A DNA stretch of 39,677 nt from Lama guanicoe. Its lineage: Eukaryota. This document shows positions 38,990 to 39,677 of the stretch, one piece after another (position 1 is the stretch's first letter; the number at the start of each line of letters is the position of its first letter). The DNA lies in the NCBI GenBank assembly GCA_013239625.1, contig MU056000.1, forward strand, positions 15,404,851-15,444,527. Direction: 5' to 3'. Under the pieces are notes generated by a model. It was not told the origin of the DNA and made no database searches. It saw nothing but the letters and a program-made list of their open reading frames with translations. A program made the translations under genes and the position numbers.

Positions 38990-39243
38990 CTAACGGCACT
39001 GCTGCCCACATCGAGGTCCTGGGCAGTGACGGCACCGATGATGGTCCCCACTGGAGTGTCTTCGTAAACTTCCATGGTGTACAGCGGTTTGCTGAAAACC
39101 GGCGGCTCGTCCACATCCAGGACGCTGATCTTCACTGTGGCCGTGTCTTTAAAAGGGCCCGCCGAGTGAAACCGGTGGTCAAGGTGAAGGTTGGAGGCCT
39201 CTACTTTAAAAGTATAAGCCTTCTTTGTCTCAAAATCTAATGG
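38990..39243 (-). CDS. CDH12: Cadherin-12 internal coding exon (254 nt; end of EC3 into EC4)
   Basis: Translates [84 protein letters not shown](R), with cadherin LDFE, DxDE-P-F and AxDxD motifs, matching CDH12 as recalled. Acceptor ctacag| at 39244-39245, donor |gtaaga at 38989. Phase 0 to phase 2. Confidence 0.96.
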
Positions 39244-39677
39244 CTGTAGCAGGACAAATAGAAAGTGAGGACATACATTCACACAGAAGGTAGCAAGGAC
39301 GTTGACCACGCTGCAGAGCAATTTGCAAGCTAAGACCAATTGCATGGGTTTCAAAATTTTATTTTCCTTCATCATTAGTGGATAGGAGGAGTACAAGTTA
39401 AACATTTTAGAAGAGAATCAATTACTTGTAGAAGTGTCTGAGTAACTTGGAAAGATAATCAGCTGCATACATTAAAATGACATATGCACACATATGTGCT
39501 AGGTAAGGTTTACTCCTTTTTAGGAGCATTTAAAACAGCAAGAGATAAAGTGCCTATGAAGAGCAGCATTTTCTGCTCTTATCCAATACTGCCATCCAGT
39601 GGAATTAAGCAGTAATTTAAAACAACAAAGTTGCAATCATTGAAGATACTTTTTGGATTCCAGCTGAAAATTTGATG

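Noticed and set aside
38986..39405. N-terminal extension of the 139-aa ORF, and both flanks of the 19591-19944 ORF
   Set aside because: Intronic read-through beyond canonical splice sites. Only the exon portions are cadherin.

Overview
Mammalian (probably camelid, judging from a Vic-1-like tRNA-derived SINE) genomic DNA, not prokaryotic. The whole window lies inside the cadherin-12 gene (CDH12, type II classical cadherin) on the minus strand. It holds three consecutive in-phase coding exons (39243-38990, 19900-19764, 2102-1981) and the 5' part of a second, tandemly duplicated copy of the 122-nt exon at the left edge (42-1). The introns contain a degraded intronless makorin-family copy (C3H-C3H-RING-C3H), an RPLP2 processed pseudogene, L1/L2/MIR/MLT/hAT relics, solo LTRs, a 456-N assembly gap flanked by a duplicated 1.6 kb block, and an old ~400 bp inverted repeat whose two arms were later interrupted by different transposons. 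I see no convincing new biological system. The best candidates for follow-up are the frame-breaking exon duplication, the long inverted repeat and the makorin copy. Repeat family names come from recalled consensus motifs, not from a database search.
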